The notes under the pieces are model-generated. The model ran no database searches, had not been told where the DNA came from, and saw nothing but the letters and a program-made list of their open reading frames with translations. Position numbers and translations under genes: made by a program. This document shows, piece after piece, positions 10,183 through 19,954 of a DNA stretch of 64,000 nucleotides (positions within the stretch are counted from its first letter, which is position 1; every line of letters begins with the position of its first letter). This stretch comes from Prasinococcaceae sp. CCMP 1430 (taxonomy: Eukaryota; Plantae; Prasinodermophyta). Where the stretch lies: contig RQSC01000630.1 of assembly GCA_013416795.1 (NCBI GenBank), positions 156,832 to 220,831 of the forward strand. The letters are read 5' to 3'.

Positions 10183-11946
10183 CTATCCCCAGAGCTCGGC
10201 GACATACCGCCCGCTCGCTCGCATCTGCGAAAGCCACTCGCGCGCTGCGCTCTCGGCGAGCCCCCCGCGACGCTCGGCGACCGCACATAGCGCCTCCTGC
10301 ACGCCCTGTCCCATCGCCGTGCCGCCGCACACGTACACGTACGTGTCACTGCAGCTGAGGTGCGCCCAGAGCTCCGCGTCATTGGACTCGACGAGGTCCT
10401 GCACATACGCGCCCTTCGGCAGGGCAGTCACCGGTGCACCCGGCGCCGGGCGTGAGACCGCGGTCAGCAGCGTCAGATCGAGTGCGGCCGCGCACTTGTC
10501 TTTCGAAGGAGTTCGCGCAGTGCACGAGAGCGAGTCCCCCCTATGGTCGCTGCAGGCCATCTCCCGCAGCTCGTCGCCGAAAGGGAGCTCCGCAGCTGTG
10601 CGGCAGCCTGCAAGCAAAAGCACCCTGCGCGCGCCTCTGACGCCACCCAGGCTGCTGCCTGCACCGCTCGCAGCGTGCGCAGTCGTCGCGCGTGCGAGCA
10701 CCTCTCGAAGTAGCGCCCTGAACGGCGCCACACCCGTGCCGGCACCGATCAGAATGAGCGCTCCGCAACCGTCGGTGCCCGCAGGGGGTAACGCGAAGGC
10801 GGAGCGCCGTACGGCCACATCGAGCATCGCCCCGTGAGCCGCAGTCGCTGCGTCAGCTCCTGCCGCCCGATCGAAATGGCCGTCAGTGAGCTCGGTCATG
10901 TGCTCAGTGGCGGAGCCTACCACCCTGAAAGCGACCTCGGCCACGTGGGGCGCCTCCTCCGCGGAGCTGCACGTGCTATACGCGCGCGGGGCTCGCTCTC
11001 CCAGCGCGCCAAATAGCGTTGCGAGGGGAAGCGCGCAGCCGGAACAGTGCTCGAGGGCCTCAGCGACATTCGTGAGGGGTACCTGGGCTTGAGTGTCAGG
11101 CGCTTGCGCGCGCGCGGCGCCGCGGTACTCCTGACGATAGCTGTCCCGAACGAGACGGCGCACGAGGTCCTCGCGCTGCGCCAACGCGGCAGCGCCGTCC
11201 TCCCATACGCCCTCGGTGAGCATCGCCTCGTAAAGCGCGCGTGGGGGCGGGGCACAGAGCTCAACGCGCCAACGGAGCTCCGTGAGCGTCGTCAGCGGCA
11301 GGCCGGACGGCGTGGTACCGACGCCATCGCGATCCATGTCAGCCGCGCCCACGCCGCCGAAGCTGCCGCTGCGACTGCCGCTGGCAACGCCGCCCTCGCA
11401 ACTATGGTCGCCCGCGCCGCCAGACCTCACCGCGAGCCGCGCGGCTACGCGCTGAACGATGTCTTCGCTATTAGGGGTGCGCACGAGCAGCGTGTCGGCT
11501 GTCGAGTAGGCGAGCCCCGCGGCACCCAGGTCGAAGGCGACGCGACATATTCCAGGTGCAGGTCGTGCGCACCGGCGTGCGTGCACGCGCATGTAGGGGG
11601 TTTCAACGGGCTGCGTGTGTGGTACCGGGGCCGTGGCGTAGTGAGAGAGATTGGCGGCGCCAATGCTAGAAGTGCTGGCGCTGCCCGCATGCGCCGACTC
11701 CCACCTGCGCAGGTTCTCCCCGTACACGGTCCACACGCAGCGCGCGCACGCGCGCTGGCAGCACTCGCCGTCGCTGGGACGCTCCGGTCGCTCCGCCGGC
11801 TGCGGGCCGCAGCCTTCGTCGCTCTCCTCATCACCTCCTCCGCCAGCGGCCTCCTCCAGCTTTGCCTCGAGCTCCATGAACGCAGCCATGTTGACGTCCA
11901 TCAGCATGTCGAACTCATCGGCGTTGTCTCCGCCCGTGAGGCACAT
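10183..11946 (-). CDS. Oxidoreductase-like Cys domain fused to CPR/MTRR-type FAD- and NADPH-binding domains (no flavodoxin domain seen); 5' end uncertain
   Basis: PERPSDGECCQRACARCVWTVY (Oxidored-like motif); PRAYSTCSS (FAD); LIGAGTGVAPFR, GCR, KGAYVQD, YVYVCGG and terminal RYVAELWG (NADPH domain). Confidence 0.8.
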   Translation of the reverse strand: MCLTGGDNADEFDMLMDVNMAAFMELEAKLEEAAGGGGDEESDEGCGPQPAERPERPSDGECCQRACARCVWTVYGENLRRWESAHAGSASTSSIGAANLSHYATAPVPHTQPVETPYMRVHARRCARPAPGICRVAFDLGAAGLAYSTADTLLVRTPNSEDIVQRVAARLAVRSGGAGDHSCEGGVASGSRSGSFGGVGAADMDRDGVGTTPSGLPLTTLTELRWRVELCAPPPRALYEAMLTEGVWEDGAAALAQREDLVRRLVRDSYRQEYRGAARAQAPDTQAQVPLTNVAEALEHCSGCALPLATLFGALGERAPRAYSTCSSAEEAPHVAEVAFRVVGSATEHMTELTDGHFDRAAGADAATAAHGAMLDVAVRRSAFALPPAGTDGCGALILIGAGTGVAPFRALLREVLARATTAHAASGAGSSLGGVRGARRVLLLAGCRTAAELPFGDELREMACSDHRGDSLSCTARTPSKDKCAAALDLTLLTAVSRPAPGAPVTALPKGAYVQDLVESNDAELWAHLSCSDTYVYVCGGTAMGQGVQEALCAVAERRGGLAESAAREWLSQMRASGRYVAELWG

Positions 11947-12543
11947 CGCGCAAGCGGCGCCCTGCGCGTGTTGCCCGCCGAAGGCAAAAGCGCACTCGGC
12001 CGCGAGCGCGGGCGCTCACCCCTACCCCCCGGAGCGCCTGCGCGCGCGCGCGGCGGCCCGCCCGCGCGCCCGCGCACTGGCCAGCGCGCGCAAAAGAGGG
12101 GTAGCGAGGGAGAGGGGGAGCACGCGCGCGCGGGAGTGAGAGGGGAAGGGGGGGAGAGGGGGAGGGCGCGCGTACGCGCGCCGGCCGCCATGTGGCGCTG
12201 ATGTGTCCGCTTGCAGCCCTGGGTTGAGGTCATCGCACTGTGAGACCGGGATGAAGGACTCTTTGATAGCGAGCAGGACCTGCCACAACGCATTTGCGGT
12301 TAGATATAGGGTTAACTGCGTGCCCAGCGCGGCGGGCGCTGGCGCGGCGGCGGCGGCCGCCGCCGCTGTGCACGCCGAGGCTGCGGCCAGACGGCGTGGG
12401 TGGCGCAGCGGGGCGCGGGGCGGGGTGCGTGGGGGCGCACAGGCGGCGCCCGCGGTGGCTTGCGGTGGCAAGGACGCGAGGAAGGTGGAGAGGGAACGCG
12501 GGGGTGCCGCGCTCTGCCAGCAGGAGAGGGGAGGGGCGCCGCG

Positions 12544-14726
12544 ATGCCGCTCGGCCGAGCTCTGGGCCACCACGGCGGCACGCGCTCACGCTACGCGGGG
12601 GTCGTGTGCGGCCACTCGGAGGACGCGGCGGGCGCCCTAGCGGAGGCGCTGGTGGCACCAGAGAGCGGTGTGGCTTTTGATTTTGCCGTACTGCCGCTTG
12701 CGGCGTCTGGCGAGCGGCGCGTGGCGAGCGCCAGACGCACGCTGCCGGGTGCAGCGCTGCCGCCGCCCGTGTTCCCCTCGGATCTCGCACTGTCGTCGGC
12801 GCAGTGGACCTCGCAGGTGGTGGGCGCCGTGAGTGCGTGGGTCGACGCAGACTCGCGTGACCCTGCGCTCGCACGCGATTCAGCGGCTGCGCTCGATGCA
12901 GAGCTCGCATGGGCGGCGCACCTGTCGTTGCAGGCGGCCGTTGTGCCGCGGCTCGGCGAGCGCGTCGCCGCGACTGCGCACAGTCTGCTGAGGGCGCTCG
13001 GGCGCGCGCAGGGTATGAGTGCGTGGGTGCGCGTTCCGCTGGTGGCTGACGAAGTCATCGCAGCATCGAGCGCCAACGCCGACGCGGGTGCCGCTCTGTT
13101 GGCCAAGCGCGCGTGCGACGTCAGTGGTGCGCCTGGCACGAGCTTACGGCTCGCACACGACCCGTTCGAGGCGTGGCATGAGCTGCGCGCGATGTGCGGC
13201 CACCACCCGCGGCTGTGCGTGGCGCTGGAGGTGGGGGCCGATTTGCCTGACGGCGGCGACGCCGCGCTCGAGCGATGGCTCGGCGAACCCGTGCGCGCTG
13301 CGCTGATATCCACCGATGCCTTCCTCACCAACAAACATGGCTACCCGACTCTCTCGAAGCGCCACCAGAAGCTCGTGTCCACACTGCTGCAGCACGACGT
13401 GCAAATCGTGCTGCACGGACCACGCAGGCACGAGCCACCGCCAGCGCCAGTGGTCGGCCAGCAGGAATCGCGAGCGCCGGCGCACCCGCTGGCTCCGTAC
13501 TTGGAATACGTGTCGTTCCTGTACCGACGGCTGCCCGCACCGAGCGAATGTGAGGTTGCCGAGTCGTCCTACCGTGACTTCTTGCAATCCCCGCTGCAGC
13601 CGCTAATGGACAATCTCGAGAGCGCCACCTATGAGACCTTCGAGCGCGACGCGACCAAATACGACGTCTACCAGCAGGCCGTCGAGACATACCTGCGCGA
13701 GAAGGTACCCGACGAGCAGGTAGAGACGGCGGATGCTGTGGTGCTCATGATGGTCGGGGCGGGGCGCGGGCCAATTCTGTCGCGCTGCTTGGCGGCGGCG
13801 GACGCCACCAACAGACGCGTGAGAGTGTACGCCATCGAGAAGAATCCCAACGCGGTGGTCACCCTGCAGCGCAGGGCGGTCGCGGAGGGGTGGGGAGACA
13901 GGTGCGCGCACACGCCGCGAACAGAGCGCTGCGATTGCGTGCGCTGCGATTGCGTGCGCTGCGCAGCGCGTGCGAGCGCAAGCGGCACCTGCGACGATGC
14001 TAACCAGGGCGCGTGCTTTTTGCGTGCAGGGTGACGCTAATCGCATCTGATATGCGCGACGCGGAGCCACCGGAGCTGGCGGATTGCCTCGTTAGCGAGC
14101 TGCTAGGCTCCTTCGGCGACAATGAGCTCTCGCCCGAGTGCCTCGACGGCGCCCAGAGATTTCTGAAGGAGGACGGCGTGTCCATCCCGCAGGAATACAC
14201 GTCGTACATCGCGCCCATCAGTGCATCCAAGCTCCACGCCGCAGTTGGCGCCATGAAGGGCAGCAAGGACGACCGTGAGCACTATGAGACGCCCTACGTT
14301 GTCAAGTTGCACTCCATCGGTGTGCTGGCTGACACGCAGGAGGCATTTACCTTCGCCCACCCCAACCGTCCCGAGGGCGGCGCCGCGGCCATCGACAACA
14401 GGCGCTACAAGCGATTCGTGTTCGAGGCTCGCGCGCAGGATACCCCAGCGTGCGTGCACGGCTTCGCTGGCTACTTCGACGCCAAGCTGTACGGGGATGT
14501 GCATCTCAGCATCCATCCGCCGACCCACACGCCCGATATGAGCTCGTGGTTCGCCATCTACTTTCCGCTGCAGCACCCGGTGCACTGGCCCGCGGGCGCA
14601 GCGCTCGAGGCACACATGTGGCGAGACGGGGACGCGCGCAAGGTGTGGTACGAGTGGTGCGTTGGGGGGCCCACCACCACGCACATCCACAATACACAAG
14701 GCAGGTCGTATTGGGTGGGCCTGTGA
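12544..14726 (+). CDS. PRMT5: Protein arginine N-methyltransferase 5, 2 exons (12544-13901, 14030-14726)
   Basis: Plant-type start MPLG..SRYAGV; [88 protein letters not shown]; GT-AG intron 13902-14029. Confidence 0.97.
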
Positions 14727-14873
14727 ATAAAAAAAAAAGGCTTCGAAACCTTCATGCGCTGCATGCGCACGTGGCGATGTGGCAGAAGCGCAGCGCTGGG
14801 CGCCCGCGGAGGCGCCGGCCGCTGTCCAGCCCGCTGCGGTACCGGCACGCCGCGGTCCAACACACGGCGGGAA

Positions 14874-14903
<30 letters not shown>
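14874..14903 (+). repeat. Poly-G tract (30 nt)
   Basis: Direct read. Confidence 0.95.
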
Positions 14904-14904
<1 letters not shown>

Positions 14905-14976
14905 ACGCGCAATTCCCCGTCAGGTTCTTAGGGTCAGAGGGCCGAGGCTGAGTTGCGTGGGGAGGGGGTAGAGGCG

Positions 14977-15089
14977 CGCGGCGCGCGGCGGGTGGCGGGT
15001 GACGAGCGGCGAGCTGCGAGTGGCGAGCTGGGAGCGGCAAGCTGCAAGCGGCTGGCGGCAAGCGGCGAGCGGTGGGCTGTGCACGGCGG
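14977..15089 (+). repeat. Degenerate 7-nt tandem repeat (GCGGCGA-like, about 16 copies) upstream of the 15110 gene
   Basis: gcggcgg gtggcgg gtgacga gcggcga gctgcga gtggcga gctggga gcggcaa gctgcaa gcggctg gcggcaa gcggcga. Confidence 0.8.
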
Positions 15090-15109
15090 CCGACGTGCTG
15101 CCTATCGCG

Positions 15110-16040
15110 ATGGAGGATATCACCGGCGGCGAGCGCGGGCCTGCCGCCGCTGAGCTGCGCAGGCGGTTCGCAGCGTCGTTCGAGTTGCGCACGAAGCGGC
15201 TCATGGAGGACTGCGCCCGCAACGAGGAGGGAACTGAGTGCCGCCACTTCCGGAGCGTCGAGATGCCCGTGATCGGAAGTGCGTGCGCGTGCGTGCGCGC
15301 CCGGCCGCCCGCCCACCCGCCGCGCGTGGGTGTACAGGTCTCGCTAGCCGTTCTTCCTCTCACACGCTCGCGCGTTTGTATGCGCACGCATTCGCCCAAT
15401 CACATCCTTGCCCACACGCACAGCGCACCTTGCCGCGACCGGCTTGCTCGCGCTCGGCACGGGAGCTATAGTCGCAAACACCGTGAGGCGAGGCGCGCCC
15501 AAGCTGCCAAGGATCGTCTCAGGCGGTCTCGGCCTGGCGGGCGCTTTGTCAACCTGGCCTTTCTTTAGCGACTTGTCGTACTTTCGCGATGCGATACGCG
15601 GTAAGCTCATGGACGCGGAGCGGAGCGTGTTCATCGACTGCATCTGCAACCCTCTGCTGGAAATCGACGAGGAAGGGCCCACGGGGGGACCCGCCGGGGA
15701 TTCCGGCGGCGAGCGAAGGCCCGCGGAGAGCTCCGCGGCCGAACACTTTGGGGGCGGCGAGGAGGATAGCTTTGCCAGCGGCGGTGGGCTGCAGGCACTT
15801 TTTGAGCGCGAGGGACGCTCGGCGCCCGCCGGGCTGCTTGAGCGCCTGAGGGAGTGCAAGAAGAGGCGCTCGCGCATGGAGGAGCGGGAGTGGATGGCTG
15901 CGACGGGCAGGGACGTAGACGGCCTCGGCGGCGTGAGCCAGATCAACGTGGGCACGTGGGACGATAGTTGGGAGGAGGGGGTCAGAGACGCCAGCAAGCC
16001 CGGCGACGACGGCGGTGGCAGCGAAGGGCGCAGCATCTGA
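15110..16040 (+). CDS. Hypothetical membrane protein, 2 exons (intron about 15279-15423)
   Basis: ATG 15110, GTGCGT donor and CACAG acceptor; two hydrophobic segments (LAATGLLALGTGAIVA; GLGLAGALSTWPFF) and an acidic tail. Confidence 0.55.
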
Positions 16041-16211
16041 GCATCGTGGATCGTACGGCCAGGTAATAATTGCTGAGGCTCTCTATGCTGTCTGGAAAAT
16101 TAACTAGCGGCACGACCGCCTCCGTGCCTCCGCCGTACGATAAGCAGCCCCTTTCACATGCCCCGACTCGCCCGCGCGCCTCGCGCAGGCAGCGGCGCCG
16201 CGCGCCCGCGC

Positions 16212-19200
16212 TCAGCCAGTGTTGCGCATGCTCGCCGCGATGGCCTTGATGGTGCGAAGAAGCGGCTCGGTCCACAGCTCCAGCTCCTCGGCGTTGTCCT
16301 CGGCCTCGGCCTTGCGCGTGCGGCTCAGCAAGATCACCTGCGAGGCGTTGAGCGGATCAAGGTACAGGTTGCGCTTGTCGAGCCTTTCCTTCAGCTGGGG
16401 CGTCTCGCCGAGCAGCTCATCCTTCTCCGTGACGCGCATCACCTGCTCGACGCTCGCGTCATACTCGTTCTTGATGAGGCCGTATACGCGATCGGCGACC
16501 TCCTTGTCTTCGCAGATCCGCGAGTACTCCTTGGCGATCTCCATGTTGGCCTTGACGAGCGCCTGCTGGACGTTTGCGAGGAAGTTGCGGAAGAACGGCC
16601 AACGGCGGTACATGTCCCGCACCTCCTCGAGGCGCTCCTCAGAATCACCGATGTACGTGGACAGCGCCGAGCCAATGCCGTACCACGCCGGCAGAGTGAC
16701 GCGGCACTGCGACCAGCCGAACACCCACGGGATGGCCCGCAGCGACTTCTTCGTGCGGTCGCCCGACTTGCGCTTGGCGGGCCTGCTACCCACATTGAGC
16801 GCACCAATCTCGTAGCAAATGGTTGTCGAGTAGTAGTAGTCGTAGAAGCCCTCCGTGTCGTCGGTGAGGCCCCTGTACGCCTTCTCGCCCCGTCCCGCCA
16901 GCTCGCCCATCAGCGACATGAACTTCGCCTCGTCGGGAAGCCGCGGGCACGTTTTGTCGGTGTTGGCCTGCAGCAGCCCCGTCATGCCCACGCCCAGCTC
17001 GTACTTGGCTGTGTCGGCGTGGCCGTACTTGTAGGTGACCGTCTCGCCCTGCTCTGTGAACTTGATGGCGCCGTTGACCGTGCCGGCCGGCTGCGCCAGG
17101 ATGGACTCGTGCGCGGGGCCCGCGCCGCGCCCCACGGTGCCGCCACGGCCGTGGAAGAGCTTCCAGCCCGCGCCGGCGCCCTCGCAGATGGTCTGGACGG
17201 AGCGCTGCGCCGAGTAGAGCGAGAAGGCGCTGCTCATGATGCCGCCGTCCTTGGCGCTGTCCGAGTAGCCGATCATGATGTCCTGCACGTTGCCGGCCGA
17301 CGTGAGGTACGAGCGGTACACGTCGGACTCAAGGAGCGAGGTCAGCGCCTCCGGCATGCCCTGCAGGTCCGGGATGGTCTCGAAGAGCGGGCTCACGCGA
17401 ATTTTGGAGTGGGTCCACGAGCCGGCCGCCGCGTCATACTCCACGAGCCCCTTGCCAACCACCCAGCCGAGGGCGAGAACCTCCAGGACATTCGAGGCCG
17501 TGCGGGCCATGGAGATGTTGTACTCGCCGAGGGCCTCCACGTCCACGATGTCAGTCACCGTGGCCACCGCCTGGAGAACCTCCACGCTCTGGACGGTGTC
17601 GGCCGTGCACGTGTCCATCGCCGCGATGAGCTCGTCCTCCGTGGGCGGCGCGTCAGTGATGGCGGCCTCGAGGACCTTCACGCGCTCCGCCTCGTCGAGC
17701 TCAGCGTAGTTGGGGCAGCGCCCGAGGGTGCGCAGAATCTCGTCCACAGCCTCGATGTGGCGCGTGCTCTCCTGGCGGATGTCGAGCGCCTGCAGGCGAA
17801 AGCCGAAGGTCTCCACCAGGCGGATGAGGTCCTGCAGGGGGCCGGCGGCGGCCGAGGTGTCGCCGCCCTCGGTGAGGAGGTCCTGGATGAGCTTGAGGTC
17901 CGCGAGCAGCTCCGCCGGGGATTCGTACTGGTCCTCGCCAGGGCTCACACCTGGGATGGGGTCGATGTTGTACTCGATGTCGACGATGAGCTCCTTGGCG
18001 CGCGCGGCGCCCTCGTCCAGCGTCTCGTTAAGGTCGTACAGGTTCTGGTTGAGCATACGCAGGCGCTGCTCGAGCTTGTGCCTGATGACGCGCAGCTTCG
18101 CGCGGTAGGGCTCGCGGTAGCAGTAGGAGGGGTCCTCGAAGGCGGGAATCTTGTCCTTGACGGACTGATCGGCGTCGAGGGCCAGGCGCTCAAAGATGTC
18201 GCCCTCGGTCTTGGAAAACTTGTCCGAGTGCAGCAGGCGGTAGTGCAGATCCCTCACGCGCTTGATGTACTCGCCCACGGCCGTGCGTGAGGACAGCAGG
18301 CTCGCCATCACGGTGGTCTCCGGGTACACGAACGGGTTGCCGTCGCGGTCGCCGCCGATCCAGCTGCCGAACTCCATGCAGGTCTCGATGCCACCGCTGG
18401 GGCAGTTCAGGCCGCTGAGCTTCTGGCCGAGCGAGCCCTCGCTCGCGGTGCCGTAGTGCTTCTCGATGGAGCGCTGCGCCGAGCGGTAGACCTCGGGGAC
18501 GGCCTCGAAAAGGCTCAGGCGGAAGTAGTTGAGGCCCGCGTTGATCTCGTCAAGCACGGTGGGCTTGCGGTTGCGCATCTCATCGGTGAGCCACAGCGTC
18601 TCGACTTCCACGGCCAGCTTGCTCATGAGCACGCGCTGCGGCAGCTCGCGCGCGAGCCACTGCTTGCACAGGTGGAACATGCGCGAGAGCAGCGTGAGGA
18701 TCACGGCGCGGCGCGCCTCGGTGGGGTGCGCGGTGAACACCGGGAGGAACTTCGACTCCGCGATGAGGCCCTCCACGTCCCCGCGCGACATGCCGGCCTC
18801 CTTGAAGGTGCGCATGGTCTCGTCCCAGCTCCCCTTCCACGTGACGCCCTCGCCCTTGTCGTCGCCGATGAGCTCGGCGCGCCTGAGGAAGTGCTCGTGC
18901 GCCTCTTCGACGACGTTGAGCAGCGCGGCGTACGATCCCAGCGCGCGCACCACCTGCGTGATCTCCTGGGCGCTGAGCCCGTTCAGCGTGCTCAGCAGCT
19001 CCTCCTCGAGGCTCGCCTTCTCGCTCTCGTCGGCGGTGCGCATGGTGGCGAACCCGTCGCGCAGCGAGTGGATGAGGGCCACCATCTCCTCGCCCTCGTG
19101 CTGCTTGATGACGCTGTCGAGCATCCAGCAGGTCATGCCTTCGAGCTCGCGGAAGCGCTCCTCGTCGCTCAGCTCCTCGCTGAAGCCGCCGATGAGGGGC

Positions 19201-19230
19201 GGGTCGTCGGACACCGCCGGCGACTTCTCG
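16212..19230 (-). CDS. ppc: Phosphoenolpyruvate carboxylase, bacterial type, intronless (in frame with the upstream ChlM fragment)
   Basis: VFTAHPT, SWIGGDRDGNP, LDIRQES, PLFET, IMIGYSDSAKDGG, FHGRGGTVGRG, TEQGE, GSRP, LRAIPWVFGW and C-terminal MRNTG; no plant-type N-terminal phosphorylation motif. Confidence 0.97.
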
Positions 19231-19655
19231 ATGGCGGCCGCGGCGCGCTTCTCGGCCTCGCCGGTCATGGCGTCGGAGATGTCGGTGGCGTACACCTGCG
19301 CGCCGCGCAGCGCGAGCGGCGCGGTGAGCGAGCCCGTGCCGCAGCCGCAGTCGACGACGCTGATGCCGTCGGCGCCGCCCTCGGCGTCCACCCACGCGAG
19401 CACCTTCTCCACCGTCTGCGCGTGGCCCTCGCGGATGTCCAGCTGCACCTTGTTCACCTCGTCCGTCTCGCCGTAGATCTTCTGCCAGCGCTCGAAGCCC
19501 GTGCCGTTGAAGTAGTCCTTGACGCTCTTCATCTCGTCGCCGCCCGCCGCGGCGGCCATCTCCGAGCGGCGCTTCTCCGGGTCGGACTCGGCGAGCAGCG
19601 CCGCCGCGCCCATGCCCGCGGCGACCACGCCCGCCGCGAGGCCGCCCGCCCACTC
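19231..19655 (-). CDS. CHLM: Mg-protoporphyrin IX methyltransferase, N-terminal half only (5' cut by N at 19656; C-terminal half absent)
   Basis: Hydrophobic anchor then SDPEKRR..GGDEMKSVKDYFNGTGFERWQKIYGETDEVNKVQLDIREGHAQTV, SAM motif DCGCGTG, DISDAMTGEA; the expected DTV.CLDV.IHYP..RAYLH half is missing. Confidence 0.9.
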
Positions 19656-19656
19656 N

Positions 19657-19954
19657 TGGCCAGCCACGCCATGATCGCGTCGAGCGAGAAGTAGGCGACG
19701 CCCAGCGCCAGCCAAAAGAACGGGAACGTGGAGGCGTCGAAGCCCGCCATCATGAAGGACGTGATCGCGAAGATGAACACGCCGGTCTGGCCGACGAGCG
19801 AGCGCACGACGAACTTTGCGAACATGTAGGGGACCACGCTGTACAGTCCCTCCTCGTGCTCGTTGAGGTACACCACTCGATCATTGATGAGCACCGGCAG
19901 GTTGGCGAAGCTTAGCAGGGCGCCGGTCGTGATGCTGATGTACAGGAAGCTCAC
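19657..19954 (-). CDS. Orphan exon of an ABCG (ABC-2 type) transporter transmembrane domain
   Basis: TTGCAG acceptor then VSFLYISITTGALLSFANLPVLINDRVVYLNEHEEGLYSVVPYMFAKF..FPFFWLAL; truncated at N 19656; no nucleotide-binding domain in the window. Confidence 0.75.

Noticed and set aside
13902-14029. Introner-type mobile introns
   Set aside because: Introns in the window share only branch-point and splice consensus, not extended identity; this one simply has an internal 15-nt duplication.
19529-19715. ABCG-ChlM read-through, and the ORF-track start of the 1167-aa ORF at 19715
   Set aside because: Both cross the single-N join at 19656, which links unrelated contigs.
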